Of a DNA stretch of 15,982 nucleotides, positions 15,975 through 15,982 are shown piece after piece (position 1 is the stretch's first letter; each line of letters begins with the position of its first letter). Under the pieces are notes generated by a model. That model saw only the letters and a program-made list of their open reading frames with translations. It had not been told where the DNA came from and ran no database searches. Source of the stretch: Bdellovibrionota bacterium (GTDB taxonomy: Bacteria > Bdellovibrionota_C > UBA2361 > OMIW01); NCBI GenBank assembly GCA_044345055.1, contig JBIJBT010000065.1, positions 1-15,982 of the forward strand, read 5' to 3'. The translations under genes and the position numbers were made by a program.

Positions 15975-15982
15975 GGGTTAAA

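Overview
Bacterial chromosomal window with mixed base composition, made of metabolic genes interspersed with accessory genes. In order: a possible 3' end of a CDS (<1-166); a class A beta-lactamase-fold serine hydrolase (PBP-A-like, no Glu166, no signal peptide); a hipBA toxin-antitoxin pair; a fused alpha/beta 2-oxoacid dehydrogenase E1; an AAA+/DUF4143 ATPase-nuclease; a two-gene minus-strand operon pairing a stand-alone ArgZ/AgrE-like arginine dihydrolase domain with an atypical Glu/Leu/Phe/Val dehydrogenase; a membrane-anchored SGNH-type hydrolase bracketed by two ~107-bp direct repeats made of inverted REP-like hairpin doublets; an LplT-like MFS transporter apparently co-transcribed with a small Cys/His integral membrane protein; an orphan secreted protein; and an AT-rich, frameshifted FkbM-family methyltransferase. 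The best candidates for undescribed systems are (1) the LplT-like flippase plus TMEM164/YwaF-like membrane protein, as a possible Aas-independent lysophospholipid reacylation module, and (2) the arginine dihydrolase plus divergent amino-acid dehydrogenase operon. No rRNA, tRNA, CRISPR array, integrase or transposase was seen. All family assignments come from motif recognition by eye, not from database searches.
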